From: Candidatus Margulisiibacteriota bacterium
Lineage (GTDB): Bacteria > Margulisbacteria > Termititenacia > Termititenacales > Termititenacaceae
Reading direction: 5' to 3'
DNA length: 62,198 nucleotides
Assembly: GCA_031274525.1 (NCBI GenBank)
Contig: JAISQA010000041.1
Coordinates: 1 to 62,198 of the forward strand
Below, piece after piece: positions 52,510-62,198 of the stretch. Position numbers and translations under genes: made by a program. How positions within the stretch are numbered: the first letter of the stretch is position 1; the number at the start of each line of letters is the position of its first letter. The notes under the pieces were generated by a model. That model was not told the DNA's origin. It was given only the letters and a program-made list of their open reading frames with translations, and ran no database searches.

Positions 52510-53487
52510 TTGTTTTATGGTAAAATACCTCAGTCATTACGGGGGGTAAAAGTGCTCGACGAGTATACCGACGAGTTTGGCACCAATCTGGAAAGCAAAA
52601 TTCCTGAGTTTAACACGCCGGCGTCGCAGGGTTTTGTCCCTTCCCAGGCCGGGGTGTGTCAGCCGCGTGCGACCGGCGCGCCGCTGGAAAATCCGCAGGC
52701 CCAGCAGTATCAGCTCAATCCGCAGTATCAACCGTCCCAGCAGCAGGCTTATCAGCCGCCAATTTATCAGCAGTATGTGTATCAGCCTCCGCAGCCGCCG
52801 CCCGCTCCGCCGGTTTACCAGCAGCCTTATCCGGCCCCGCCGCCGGCCTATACGCCTCCGGCGCAGGACAGGATTAACAGCGTGTTTGCCGAGGAATCGC
52901 AGGAGCTGAATAATCTGCTCAAGGCGGAGCACAATACCGGCTGTTTAAAAAATCTGCTGTTTATTTTGATCTGTCTGCTGGTGGTGGCGGGCAGTTTTAG
53001 CCTGAGCTATCTGGTGGGCGCCCGGGTCATCAATCAGAAAAATCTGGTGCCCTCTTTTGCGGTGACCAAAGGCGTGAAAAAAATTAAGCGGCTGATGGAC
53101 AGCTCCGATCTGGTAAAAGATGAAAAAGCCTTTACGAATTACTCTCCGCCGCCCGCGCCGCCAAAAGCCATCCTCCCGCCGGAAGTGCAATACACTCCTC
53201 CGCCCGCCGCCCCGCCGCCCAAACCGGCGGTGCAGACTGCCAGACCGGCAGCCAGTCCCGCCGTGACCGGCACGCTGTACCGCGTGGTGGTCGGAAATTT
53301 TGACACCAGGCAGGAAGCGGCGGATGTGGCCGTGAATGTGCGCGCCGACGGTTTCCCTGTGTATCAGTATCAGGCGGATGGCAAGCACCGTCTGCAAATC
53401 GGTGCTTTCAAATCCAAAGCTCTATCCACGGCTTTGCTGAAAAAAGCCGGCGAGTACGGTTACAACGCTTATATTTCGATCAAGTAA
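52510..53487 (+). CDS. SPOR-domain protein with Pro/Gln-rich N-region and one TM helix
   Basis: C-terminal YRVVVGNFDTRQEAADVAVNVRADGF...RLQIGAF. The GTG at 52552, behind a GGGGGG SD, is a possible alternative start. Confidence 0.8.
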   Translation: MFYGKIPQSLRGVKVLDEYTDEFGTNLESKIPEFNTPASQGFVPSQAGVCQPRATGAPLENPQAQQYQLNPQYQPSQQQAYQPPIYQQYVYQPPQPPPAPPVYQQPYPAPPPAYTPPAQDRINSVFAEESQELNNLLKAEHNTGCLKNLLFILICLLVVAGSFSLSYLVGARVINQKNLVPSFAVTKGVKKIKRLMDSSDLVKDEKAFTNYSPPPAPPKAILPPEVQYTPPPAAPPPKPAVQTARPAASPAVTGTLYRVVVGNFDTRQEAADVAVNVRADGFPVYQYQADGKHRLQIGAFKSKALSTALLKKAGEYGYNAYISIK

Positions 53488-54068
53488 TGCTGTCCCGGCT
53501 CCAGCGGCGGTATAAAATCGTCCTCGTGTCCCGTTCGCCCCGCCGGCGGGTTTTATTAAAAGGACTGGGGCTGGCTTTTACGGTTTTTGCGCCGCAAACC
53601 GCGGAACATATCCGGCCCCGAAATTACAAACAGGATCTGGTCAAAGTCACGCTGGCCAAAATTAACTCCGCGCCCTGCGGGCAGGGTCAGCTCTTGCTGG
53701 CCTGCGACACTATAGTGGTCTGCCGCGGCCGCGTGCTGGGCAAACCGCGCGCGCCAAAACAGGCCGCAGAATTTCTTCGCCTGCTTTCCGGTAAAAAGCA
53801 TACCGTGTACAGCTGCGTGGCTCTGAAATTCCTGCGGCACGGCCGGCCGGTCATCAGGCATAAGACCGTGGCGACGGAAGTGTTTTTCCGCCAAATTACC
53901 GGGCGCGAGCTGCGGGATTATCTGCAAACGCCCGTGCCCTATGACAAGGCCGGTGCCTACGGCATACAGGATACCCGCGGTCTTTTTGTGCGCAAAATAA
54001 ACGGCTGTTACTATAATGTGGTGGGCTTGCCGGTAAGCGCTTTGATTGATATGCTAAAGGCAGTTTAG
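53487..54068 (+). CDS. maf: Maf-like nucleoside triphosphate pyrophosphatase
   Basis: SRSPRRRVLL, CDTIVV, GKP and KAGAYGIQ. Confidence 0.88.
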   Translation: MLSRLQRRYKIVLVSRSPRRRVLLKGLGLAFTVFAPQTAEHIRPRNYKQDLVKVTLAKINSAPCGQGQLLLACDTIVVCRGRVLGKPRAPKQAAEFLRLLSGKKHTVYSCVALKFLRHGRPVIRHKTVATEVFFRQITGRELRDYLQTPVPYDKAGAYGIQDTRGLFVRKINGCYYNVVGLPVSALIDMLKAV

Positions 54069-54095
54069 CGACTAATAAAAGGAGTAAAATAACCG

Positions 54096-55133
54096 ATGAT
54101 TCCATTTATTGAAAAGTTTTTCAGCAAATATTCCCGCGATCTGGGCATCGATCTGGGCACAGCCAATACGGTGGTGTTCGCCCGCGGCGAAGGCATTGTC
54201 CTGCGCGAACCTTCGGTGGTGGCGCTGGATAAATCTTCCAACAAAGTGCTGGCGCTGGGCAATGAAGCCAAGCGCATGCTCGGCCGCACGCCCGGCAATA
54301 TCGTAGCGATCCGCCCGATGCGCGACGGTGTGATCGCGGATTTTGAAGTGACCGAAGTGATGCTCCGGCATTTCATCAAAAAAATCCTGAACAATAATTC
54401 TTTTTTCCGGCCGCGGATAGTCGTGGGTGTGCCGTCGGGCATTACCGGCGTGGAGCGCCGGGCTGTGCTGGACGCGGCGATGAATGCCGGTGCGCGCGAG
54501 GCGTATCTGATCGAGGAGCCAATGGCCGCGGCGATCGGCGCTAATCTGCCCATCTCGGAGCCTTTTGGCAGCATGATCGTGGATATCGGCGGCGGCACGA
54601 CCGAAGTGGCGGTGATCGCGCTGGGCGGCATTGTCATTGCCAAATCTATCCGCGTGGCCGGCGATGAGCTGGACGAGGCGATAGTCAATCAATGCCGGAA
54701 AAATTACAATCTGCTCATCGGCGAGCGTTCGGCGGAAGAGATCAAGATCGCGATGGGTTCGGTTTATCCGACGGAAAACGAATCCACTATGGAAGTGCGC
54801 GGCCGTGATCTCGTGACCGGTCTGCCGCGGACTTTTACGATCAGCGCCGCCGAAGTGCGCGACGCGCTGTTTGAGCCGGTGAATGTGGTGGTGGATGCGA
54901 TCCGGATGACGCTGGAAAAAACCCCGCCGGAACTGGCCGCGGATATTATGGATCGCGGCGTGGTGCTGGCCGGCGGCGGCGCGCTGCTGCGGGGGCTGGA
55001 TCGATATATCGCGCAGGAAACCGAGCTGTCGGTTTTTGTCGTGGACGACCCGCTGTCCTCGGTGGCTTACGGCACCGGCAAGGTTCTGGAGGAAATCGAC
55101 CTGCTGAAAAAAGTTCTGGTTTCTAACGACTAG
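54096..55133 (+). CDS. mreB: rod shape-determining protein MreB
   Basis: [11 protein letters not shown] and [11 protein letters not shown]. Confidence 0.96.
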   Translation: MIPFIEKFFSKYSRDLGIDLGTANTVVFARGEGIVLREPSVVALDKSSNKVLALGNEAKRMLGRTPGNIVAIRPMRDGVIADFEVTEVMLRHFIKKILNNNSFFRPRIVVGVPSGITGVERRAVLDAAMNAGAREAYLIEEPMAAAIGANLPISEPFGSMIVDIGGGTTEVAVIALGGIVIAKSIRVAGDELDEAIVNQCRKNYNLLIGERSAEEIKIAMGSVYPTENESTMEVRGRDLVTGLPRTFTISAAEVRDALFEPVNVVVDAIRMTLEKTPPELAADIMDRGVVLAGGGALLRGLDRYIAQETELSVFVVDDPLSSVAYGTGKVLEEIDLLKKVLVSND

Positions 55134-55142
55134 CTGATTTTT

Positions 55143-55733
55143 GTGCTCACCGCGGGCATCGACGAAGCAGGCCGCGGCCCTCTGGCCGGCCCGGTCGTGG
55201 CCTGTGCGGTGCTCATTCCCGGCGGCGCGGAAATCCCGGAGCTGATCAGAGACTCCAAAAAACTGTCTGAAACCCAGCGCGCGGCAATGCACGAGTTTAT
55301 CACCGCGCAGTATCAGTACGGGATCGGGCAGGCGGACAATCTGGAAATAGACCGCCTGAATATTCTGCAGGCGACCTTTCTGGCCATGCGCCGCGCGGTG
55401 GCCGCCCTGCAGGAGAAAATCACGCCGGAGCTGTGTTTGATCGACGGCAACAAACCAATACCCGGCCTCAAAATTCCGCAAAAAACTGTGGTCAAAGGCG
55501 ATGCGCAGATCAAAGCCATTTCCGCCGCGTCTATCGTGGCCAAAGTCACCAGAGATAGACTTATGCTGGAACTGCACGCGCAGTATCCGCAGTACAATTT
55601 TGCGGAACATAAAGGCTACGGCACGCCCTTCCACATTGCGGCTATCAAACATTACGGCCGCTCGCCGGTGCACCGCCGGTCGTTTACTTATCCCGGCGAG
55701 AATGAACAGCAGGGTTTGTTTCGCCTGGCGTAA
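55143..55733 (+). CDS. rnhB: ribonuclease HII
   Basis: AGIDEAGRGPLAGPVV and DSKKLS. Confidence 0.93.
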   Translation: MLTAGIDEAGRGPLAGPVVACAVLIPGGAEIPELIRDSKKLSETQRAAMHEFITAQYQYGIGQADNLEIDRLNILQATFLAMRRAVAALQEKITPELCLIDGNKPIPGLKIPQKTVVKGDAQIKAISAASIVAKVTRDRLMLELHAQYPQYNFAEHKGYGTPFHIAAIKHYGRSPVHRRSFTYPGENEQQGLFRLA

Positions 55734-55937
55734 AACAGTTCATTGACCGAATAATTTTTGCGACTTAATCTTGCGGGGCTTTAGGCCAGGATTGCCTATA
55801 AGGAAATATATACCCTGATAGGGTATCATGATTTGACGCTGGCTTTTTCGTGTGCTGGCACAAAAAATTCATCCACTTGACGTCCCCCCCACCGTAAAAT
55901 ATAATTGTTCTGGTAAAAAAATTTCAAAGGAATAAGT

Positions 55938-57443
55938 ATGAAAAAAGTTCTGTTCAGCGCCTTAGCGATGCTGTTGGTTTTATTTCTGGCAGGATGCGGC
56001 AAAATAGTGCGCTCGACAAGTTCGTCTGGAGGGGACGGCGGAACAGTAACCAAAACTCTGGCAGATAGTTATATCCTGATTACCCCCAATTATGTGGTTA
56101 TCAATACGCAATGTACCCTCAATGCTGTGGCGGAAAATCCTGTGGGAGATGTTAGTTATCAGTGGAGTGTTTCCGGTAGCGGGACATTAAGCAATACGGC
56201 ATCCGCCAATGCTTTGTATACGACTCCGGTAGCAGCCTGCACGGTGTCAATACAAGTAGTTTTAACAGATTACCGCCAAGTAGTTACAAAAGCTATTGAG
56301 GTGATTATCCATGCCGTTCCAGACACCACACCGCCAGCGGCGCCGACGGGATTGATTGTAACATCTAAGACTTTTTCTAAAATTGTTTTAGACTGGGCTG
56401 ATTCGCCGGAAGCGGATTTAGCTGGTTATGACGTATATTGCAAAAAACAAGGGGAGACAGATTTTATTCGTGTTGCCGCGGGTTTAAGCGACAGCACATA
56501 CCTCAGCTCTGGATTAGACGTTTCTACATTTTATACGTTTTATGTAGTGGCTTACGATAACAACAGCAATTACAGTCCAAGTTCGTCAGTTATTTCAGAG
56601 ACAACTAATGCCCCGCCTGCTACGCCGATAGTGTACAGTAATGGAGACGGAAATCTCTACCTCGTCAGCGAAGATGGCTCCTATAGACAGACTATCTATG
56701 CCGGCGGTAACGCTAAAGCTCCTGTGTGGAGTGCGAATAAATCCAAAATATATTTTATAGGCACAGATGATTATATTTATGTTTTGTCCGTGTCTTCTCC
56801 GCAAACAGCACAAAAAACAAATACAGCTGCCGCCCAAATTTTTGATATTACAAACAGCAAAATACTGTACCGGCAAGGAAACACAACGTATATTGCTGAT
56901 ATAAGCGGTGATAATTTTATAAATTCAGCGGTTTTTATTCCAGCTGGGGTAGCTGGCTATCCGGTTGGTTCGGCTTGTTTTTCGCCAAACGGCGCCAAAG
57001 TAGCTTTTAATATACAAGAAGGCGCTGTGAATTTGAGTTTGGAAACTTCTCAGGCTCGGGCTATCGATGAAAATGGTTATGCTGGACGAGCATATATTGC
57101 CAATATAGACGGTTCTTCTCCTGTATTATTACTTGACTCGTACGATGCCTCTCCTCCTTATAATAATATAGTGAAATATAATGCTGTTATTAAAGACTGG
57201 GTTGGCAATAAGGTATTATTTACCAGCTATATCTCACAAACGTCTTCAAGAATTTTCTCAATTCAAGAGGATGGTACAAATGCAGTGCGAGAAACTAGCG
57301 GCAGCAAACACTGGGCTAGAAAATTTTCAGCTGATGGTTCAAAAATGTTATTCTTAGATTTCGGGAATATTTGTATATACAGTGTAGCTAGTACGACAAC
57401 CGTCTATGCCCAGGATTATGCTACGGTCTTAGCGGATTGGTAA
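55938..57443 (+). CDS. lipoprotein with FN3-like domain and TolB-like beta-propeller region
   Basis: Lipobox LFLAGC. PAAPTGLIV...LDWADSPEADLAGYDVY...YTFYVVAYDNNSNYS. The gene is AT-rich. Confidence 0.7.
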   Translation: MKKVLFSALAMLLVLFLAGCGKIVRSTSSSGGDGGTVTKTLADSYILITPNYVVINTQCTLNAVAENPVGDVSYQWSVSGSGTLSNTASANALYTTPVAACTVSIQVVLTDYRQVVTKAIEVIIHAVPDTTPPAAPTGLIVTSKTFSKIVLDWADSPEADLAGYDVYCKKQGETDFIRVAAGLSDSTYLSSGLDVSTFYTFYVVAYDNNSNYSPSSSVISETTNAPPATPIVYSNGDGNLYLVSEDGSYRQTIYAGGNAKAPVWSANKSKIYFIGTDDYIYVLSVSSPQTAQKTNTAAAQIFDITNSKILYRQGNTTYIADISGDNFINSAVFIPAGVAGYPVGSACFSPNGAKVAFNIQEGAVNLSLETSQARAIDENGYAGRAYIANIDGSSPVLLLDSYDASPPYNNIVKYNAVIKDWVGNKVLFTSYISQTSSRIFSIQEDGTNAVRETSGSKHWARKFSADGSKMLFLDFGNICIYSVASTTTVYAQDYATVLADW

Positions 57444-57463
57444 TACTATAAATTATTTTAACG

Positions 57464-57643
57464 CTATTCGTACAGTTTCCCGCTTTCCGCGAAATTCTCG
57501 CGCTCGGTCTCGTTGAAAAATATATAAGTGTCGCCGGGCTGGCAACCGGCTTCATTGACCATCAGTTTTTCTATTTCCGCGGCGAGTTTTTCCTTTACCG
57601 CTCTGTTCCGGCCTTTCAGCCATTGAATATTTACTACCGGCAT
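57464..57643 (-). CDS. 4-oxalocrotonate tautomerase-family protein (59 aa)
   Basis: The ORF is too short for the ORF track. AGGAGG SD. MPVVNIQWLKGRN... with catalytic Pro1. Confidence 0.7.
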   Translation of the reverse strand: MPVVNIQWLKGRNRAVKEKLAAEIEKLMVNEAGCQPGDTYIFFNETERENFAESGKLYE

Positions 57644-57719
57644 ACTTACCTCCTGTGATATCCCCTTTTGTCTTTGCTGGCACCCCTTTACAAGGGGAAC
57701 TGTCCGCTCAGCAAAAGGG

Positions 57720-60281
57720 TTATTTATCCACCAATTTTTTTTCGCGCACCGTAACGTTTTTATTTTTGTCTATGTCGACATAGACCGTCGAGTCCGGCGC
57801 GACCCGGCCGGAGATGATGGCTTTGGAAATAACATTTTCTACATTTTTTTGAATGGCTCTCTTGAGCGGCCGCGCGCCGTAATTGGGGTCGTAACCGATC
57901 TCGATGAGATAATCCTGCAGCGCGGCGCTGAAATCCGCGGTGATTTTTTGCTGCTGCAATTGTTTGTTGAGCCGCTCCAGCAGCAGCTCGACGATCCGGC
58001 GGATTTCTTTTTTGGTCAGCTGGTGGAAGAGGATCACTTCATCAATACGGTTCAGAAATTCCGGCCGGAACACATTTTTCAGCGCGGCCTGGAGTCGTTC
58101 TTTCATTTTTTCATAAGAGATAACCTCTTTGTCCTTGTCCGCAACAAAGCCAAAAACCGCTTTGTTCTGTTCTTCCGAACCGGCGTTGGTCGTCATGATG
58201 ATCACCGTGTTCTTAAAATTGACCGTGCGGCCCTGCGAGTTGGTCAGCTGGCCGTCGTCCATGACCTGCAGCAGAATATTGAATACCTCCGGGTGCGCTT
58301 TTTCGATCTCGTCCAGCAGGATGACCGAATACGGATTGCGGCGCACCTGCTCGGTGAGCTGGCCGCCTTCTTCGTAGCCGACATAGCCGGGAGCCGCGCC
58401 GATCAGGCGCGAAACATTGAATTTCTCCATATATTCGGACATGTCGATGCGGATCATTTTGTCCTGCGAACCGAATAAAAACTCCGCCAGCGTGCGGGCC
58501 AGTTCAGTTTTGCCCACGCCGGTCGGCCCCGCAAAAAGGAACACGCCCGCCGGTTTGTGCGGGTCGGACACTCCGGCTCTGGCGCGGCGGATAGCCTCGG
58601 CGATGGCCTCAATGGCGTTGTCCTGACCGATGACACGCTTGTGCAGCTCGGCTTCCATTTGCAGCAGTTTTTCGGATTCTTTCTGTTCGATGCGGGTCGC
58701 CGGAATGCCCGTCCAGTCCGCGATTATTTCCGCGATGTTGGCTTCGGTGACCACCACGGTAGTGGAGCCGTGCGTGGCTTTCCATTCGCCGGTTTTTTCC
58801 GCCAGTGTTTTTTCTAGCTCGGCCAGCCGGTTATTTATTTTTTCCAGTTTGGCTTTATCGGCGACCTGCGTGACCGAGGCCTGCTCTTTGCGCAAAAGCT
58901 CCAGATCTTTTTTCAGCTTCTGAATTTCCGGCGGCATCGAGATCGAGGCCAGCCGGACTTTGGCGGCCGCTTCATCGACGACATCGATGGCCTTGTCCGG
59001 CAGAAAACGGTCGGCAATATAGCGGTTGGACATATTCACCGCCGCCAGTATCGCGCTGTCGCTGATCTGGACGCGGTGATGCGCCTCGTAACGGTCGCGC
59101 AGGCCTTTGAGTATTTCGATCGTGTCCTCGACGCTCGGCTGGTCGACGCGGATCGGCTGAAAACGCCGCTCCAGCGCGGAATCTTTTTCGATATATTTGC
59201 GGTATTCATCCAGCGTGGTCGCGCCGATACACTGCAGTTCGCCGCGGGACAGCGCCGGTTTCAGAATATTGGCCGCGTCCATAGCGCCCTCCGCGGAACC
59301 GGCCCCGACCAGATTGTGGATCTCATCGATGAAAACAATCACCCGGTCATTGGAATTGCGGATCTCTTCCATGACCGCTTTGATGCGCTCTTCAAATTCG
59401 CCGCGGTGCTTGGTACCGGCGATCATACCGGCCAGGTCTAATTCGATCACCCGTTTTTTCTGCAGAGTCTCCGGTACTTCGCCGCTGACTATTTTTTGCG
59501 CCAGACCTTCAACGACCGCGGTCTTGCCCACGCCCGGATCGCCGATGAGGATGGGATTATTCTTGGTGCGGCGGGAAAGAATCCGGATCATGCGGTTGAT
59601 CTCTTTGGCCCGGCCGATAACCGGATCCAGCCGCGCCTGATAAGCCAGCGCGGTAAGGTCGCGGCCAAAAGCGGTCAGCGCCGTCCGCTCGTCCTGCGGC
59701 GCGTTCTGAAAATAGGATTCATCGATGTTTTTGGACTTGCGGGTCTTGCGGTCGCCAAAACGGTCGTTGATTGCTTTGACCGTGGTTTCCAGCGTAATAT
59801 TATTTTTGTGCAGCACCTGCGCGGCGATGCCCTCGCCCTCGCGCAGGAGGCCGAGCAGGATATGCTCCGGCCCGACGTATTTGTAGCCGAGCTGCGCGGC
59901 GGTCTGATAAGCCAGCTCCAGCGCTTTTTTGGCGCGCGGCGTCAGCATGATCGGGCGGTTGGCCGGGATTTTATTATTGCTCTGGCCGACAAGTATTTCC
60001 ACATCGGAGAAAATTTTGACCAGATCCAGCCCCATATCTTTGAGCACCTGCGTGGTGCTGCTTTCGGATTGGATCAAACCCAGCAGGAGATGCTCCGTGT
60101 CCAGCGCCTTGTGGCCGAGCCGACGCACTTCCTCGGCCGCCAGATACAGGACGCGGTTGGCCGTGTTGGAAAAATAATCAAAGATCCGGTCCGGCCGGCG
60201 GTGCCCGAAAATCTGATTTAAGAAATTCCGCAGCTCCGGCGGAAGTTCGTCAAAATTATCCAGATCATTTAATTCCGCCAT
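57720..60281 (-). CDS. clpC: ATP-dependent Clp protease ATP-binding subunit ClpC-like
   Basis: Clp_N repeats, GDPGVGKT and GPTGVGKT Walker A motifs, and a short coiled-coil linker. The ATG at 60281 behind a GGGAGG SD is preferred over the listed TTG at 60287. Confidence 0.92.
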   Translation of the reverse strand: MAELNDLDNFDELPPELRNFLNQIFGHRRPDRIFDYFSNTANRVLYLAAEEVRRLGHKALDTEHLLLGLIQSESSTTQVLKDMGLDLVKIFSDVEILVGQSNNKIPANRPIMLTPRAKKALELAYQTAAQLGYKYVGPEHILLGLLREGEGIAAQVLHKNNITLETTVKAINDRFGDRKTRKSKNIDESYFQNAPQDERTALTAFGRDLTALAYQARLDPVIGRAKEINRMIRILSRRTKNNPILIGDPGVGKTAVVEGLAQKIVSGEVPETLQKKRVIELDLAGMIAGTKHRGEFEERIKAVMEEIRNSNDRVIVFIDEIHNLVGAGSAEGAMDAANILKPALSRGELQCIGATTLDEYRKYIEKDSALERRFQPIRVDQPSVEDTIEILKGLRDRYEAHHRVQISDSAILAAVNMSNRYIADRFLPDKAIDVVDEAAAKVRLASISMPPEIQKLKKDLELLRKEQASVTQVADKAKLEKINNRLAELEKTLAEKTGEWKATHGSTTVVVTEANIAEIIADWTGIPATRIEQKESEKLLQMEAELHKRVIGQDNAIEAIAEAIRRARAGVSDPHKPAGVFLFAGPTGVGKTELARTLAEFLFGSQDKMIRIDMSEYMEKFNVSRLIGAAPGYVGYEEGGQLTEQVRRNPYSVILLDEIEKAHPEVFNILLQVMDDGQLTNSQGRTVNFKNTVIIMTTNAGSEEQNKAVFGFVADKDKEVISYEKMKERLQAALKNVFRPEFLNRIDEVILFHQLTKKEIRRIVELLLERLNKQLQQQKITADFSAALQDYLIEIGYDPNYGARPLKRAIQKNVENVISKAIISGRVAPDSTVYVDIDKNKNVTVREKKLVDK

Positions 60282-61428
60282 GCACAAACCTCCCGATCCG
60301 CGTCAGCGCTTCCTTGAGCAGCGAAATTTCCGTGGCGTAACAGCAGCGCACAAAACCCTCGCCGCCCGCGCCGAACACACTGCCCGGCACGACGGCCACT
60401 TTTTCCCGCTGGATTAACTTTAACGCAAAATCTTCAGATTGCAAGCCTGTCCGGCGGATATCGACGAAAAGATAAAACGCTCCGTCCGCTTTGACCGCCG
60501 GCAGGCCGATTTTGTCCAGCGCGTTCACGGCAAAATTGCGGCGCTGGAAATAGGAGCGGCGCATCTGCTCGACCTCGTTCCGGCAGTTCTGGAGCGCTTC
60601 GACCGCGCCGTACTGGGACATGATCGGAGCGCAGATCGCGCAGTATTGATGCAGTTTGATGATCTGCTGCATCAGCTCCGCCGGGCAGCAAATATAACCG
60701 ATGCGCCAGCCGGTCATGGCAAAAGCTTTGGAAAAACCGCTCAATAAAATAGTCTGTGCTTTCAGGCCCGGAAAAGAGCCGATAGAAGTGTGCGGCCCGG
60801 CATAGCTCAATTCCGCATAAATTTCATCGGAAATGACCCAGATGCCGTGCTTTTTGACCAGCGCGGCGATTTTTTGCAGTTCGGCTTTGGCAATGGTCGT
60901 GCCGGTCGGATTATTGGGATAGCAGAGGAATAACGCTTTGGTCTGCGGCGTGATTAACTTTTCTATTTCTCTGGCGGACGGTATAAATTTAGTCCGGGAA
61001 GTATCCAGACTGACGGTTTTGCCGCCGGCCAGCGCCACCAGCGGCTGATAAGAAACATAGCAGGGCTCGGCGACAATAACCTCGTCGCCCGGATTGAGGA
61101 TAGACCGCAGGATAATATCCACCGCTTCGGACACGCCGAAAGTTATCAGGATTTCCGCGGCGGGGTCGTAGCTCAGCCGGTATTTTTGCAAATATCCGGC
61201 GACCGCCGTGCGCAGCTCCAGCAGGCCCCAGTTGGAAGTGTAGGAAGTCCGGCCTTTTTCCAGCGCGTAAAAAGCTTTCTCGCGGATATTCCAGGGCGTC
61301 ACAAAATCCGGCTCGCCGACGCCCAGGGAAATAATATCCGGCTGACCGATAATGAGATCAAAAAAACGGCGGATGCCCGAAGGCGGCATCCGGCTGACCA
61401 GCTCTGAATATTTGGGCTGACGCGCCAT
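60265..61428 (-). CDS. class I/II PLP-dependent aminotransferase
   Basis: [19 protein letters not shown]-Lys motif and NPTG. Confidence 0.9.
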   Translation of the reverse strand: MARQPKYSELVSRMPPSGIRRFFDLIIGQPDIISLGVGEPDFVTPWNIREKAFYALEKGRTSYTSNWGLLELRTAVAGYLQKYRLSYDPAAEILITFGVSEAVDIILRSILNPGDEVIVAEPCYVSYQPLVALAGGKTVSLDTSRTKFIPSAREIEKLITPQTKALFLCYPNNPTGTTIAKAELQKIAALVKKHGIWVISDEIYAELSYAGPHTSIGSFPGLKAQTILLSGFSKAFAMTGWRIGYICCPAELMQQIIKLHQYCAICAPIMSQYGAVEALQNCRNEVEQMRRSYFQRRNFAVNALDKIGLPAVKADGAFYLFVDIRRTGLQSEDFALKLIQREKVAVVPGSVFGAGGEGFVRCCYATEISLLKEALTRIGRFVHGGIK

Positions 61429-61438
61429 AGCCGGCCCT

Positions 61439-61924
61439 TTAGGGCGCTATTTCCAGCCGGGCGGATTTTTCCTTGCCGGCAAAAATAGCGCCGTTCTCTT
61501 TGTATTTTTTCAGCACAAAATGGGTTTTGGTGCCGCGCACGCCGTTCAGCGGTGCAAGTTTTTCGGAAACAAAAAAAGCCACTTCTTTCAAAGTCCGGCC
61601 TTCGACAATGACCTGCAGATCATAGCCGCCGGAGATGAGATAGACCGACTCCACCTGCGGGAATTTGTAAATGCGCTCGGCCAGCGTGTCAAAGCCGGTC
61701 TCGCGCTCCGGAAGGACGCTCAGCTCAATAATAGCGCGCACCGTTTCTTTTTTATTCGGCGCTTTTTCCGGATTGACCAGCGCGGCATATTTGATAATCA
61801 CGCCGCTGTCCTCCAGCTGCTTGATTTTCCGGCGTATATCTTTGACGTCTTTTTTCAGCATGGCGGCGATTTCTTCCGGCGTCAGGCGGGCGTCATTTTG
61901 CAGCAATTCCAGAATTTCGTTCAC
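61439..61924 (-). CDS. Lrp/AsnC-family transcriptional regulator
   Basis: N-terminal HTH (ILELLQNDARLTPEEIAAML) and a C-terminal RAM-like domain. Confidence 0.88.
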   Translation of the reverse strand: MNEILELLQNDARLTPEEIAAMLKKDVKDIRRKIKQLEDSGVIIKYAALVNPEKAPNKKETVRAIIELSVLPERETGFDTLAERIYKFPQVESVYLISGGYDLQVIVEGRTLKEVAFFVSEKLAPLNGVRGTKTHFVLKKYKENGAIFAGKEKSARLEIAP

Positions 61925-62058
61925 GGGGAACCTCCTTGGTATGCGGCTGAAAGTATGGCAGAAAGTATAACAAATTCAGGGAGATAATAAAACGGAATTG
62001 TTCCGGAGATAGGCCGGTATTTTAGGGACTGTAAAATTAACTGCGTAAATATTTAATC

Positions 62059-62198
62059 CAGCAGGACAAATATTTTACCGGAGCGCGCTCTGCGCAACGA
62101 ACTTAACGAGCGTAGCGAAGTTAAGTGAGGTCCAGCCGCCAGCTTGATTAGCTGGCGACACTTCTGCGGCGACTTGTGGTCGCTCGCAGTCGCAAGCA
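62059..62198. repeat. structured repeat element, copy 3 (truncated by window end), opposite orientation to copy 1
   Basis: It starts with the CAGCAGGACAAATAT TIR. It is preceded at 62025 by the same box as copy 1, and its core equals the reverse complement of 14470-14612. Confidence 0.8.

Noticed and set aside
54072-55673. 533-aa minus-strand ORF
   Set aside because: It is antisense to mreB and rnhB, both of which have textbook motifs. Its composition is Arg/His/Gly-rich and nonsensical.

Overview
This is a chromosomal window from a GC-rich bacterium. The lineage cannot be determined from the sequence alone. The backbone is housekeeping: class III ribonucleotide reductase operon nrdD-nrdG-nrdR, bioF-like, glmS, pepT-like, xerD, dinG, lexA, purH, nadA, a cadA/arsR metal-efflux pair, an ABC-2 exporter, maf, mreB, rnhB, clpC, an aminotransferase, an AsnC regulator, and four tRNAs (Cys-GCA, Lys-CTT, Val-CAC, Val-GAC).

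The main feature is a visibly AT-rich block of about 22 kb (about 15.8-38.05 kb) inserted between lexA and purH. It carries five co-directional genes with no recognisable family. These are a 1,020-aa protein, a single uninterrupted 4,899-aa ORF, a 138-aa repeat protein, a 761-aa HExxH protein and a 405-aa protein. The giant ORF contains a full set of SF2/SecA-like ATPase motifs, an exact JAB/JAMM metallopeptidase signature and a late transmembrane cluster. The 1,020-aa and 4,899-aa proteins share two C-terminal modules in swapped order. The 1,020-aa and 138-aa proteins share an MRFLxCQ N-terminus. The block is preceded by a consensus-like promoter with an operator palindrome and by three 57-bp tandem repeats.

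Other notable observations:
- NrdD is split, with the glycyl-radical tail encoded as a separate 47-aa ORF.
- A structured repeat of about 190-200 bp with terminal inverted repeats occurs in three full copies plus degenerate copies near tRNAs. It shows compensatory stem changes between copies, and it sits in opposite orientations next to an identical 51-nt box.
- Small AT-rich accessory islets sit beside tRNA-Cys (two toxin-antitoxin-like pairs) and tRNA-Lys (XRE / tail-collar / XRE / AAA-ATPase).

No homology search or structure prediction could be run. All domain calls rest on motifs read directly from the translations.
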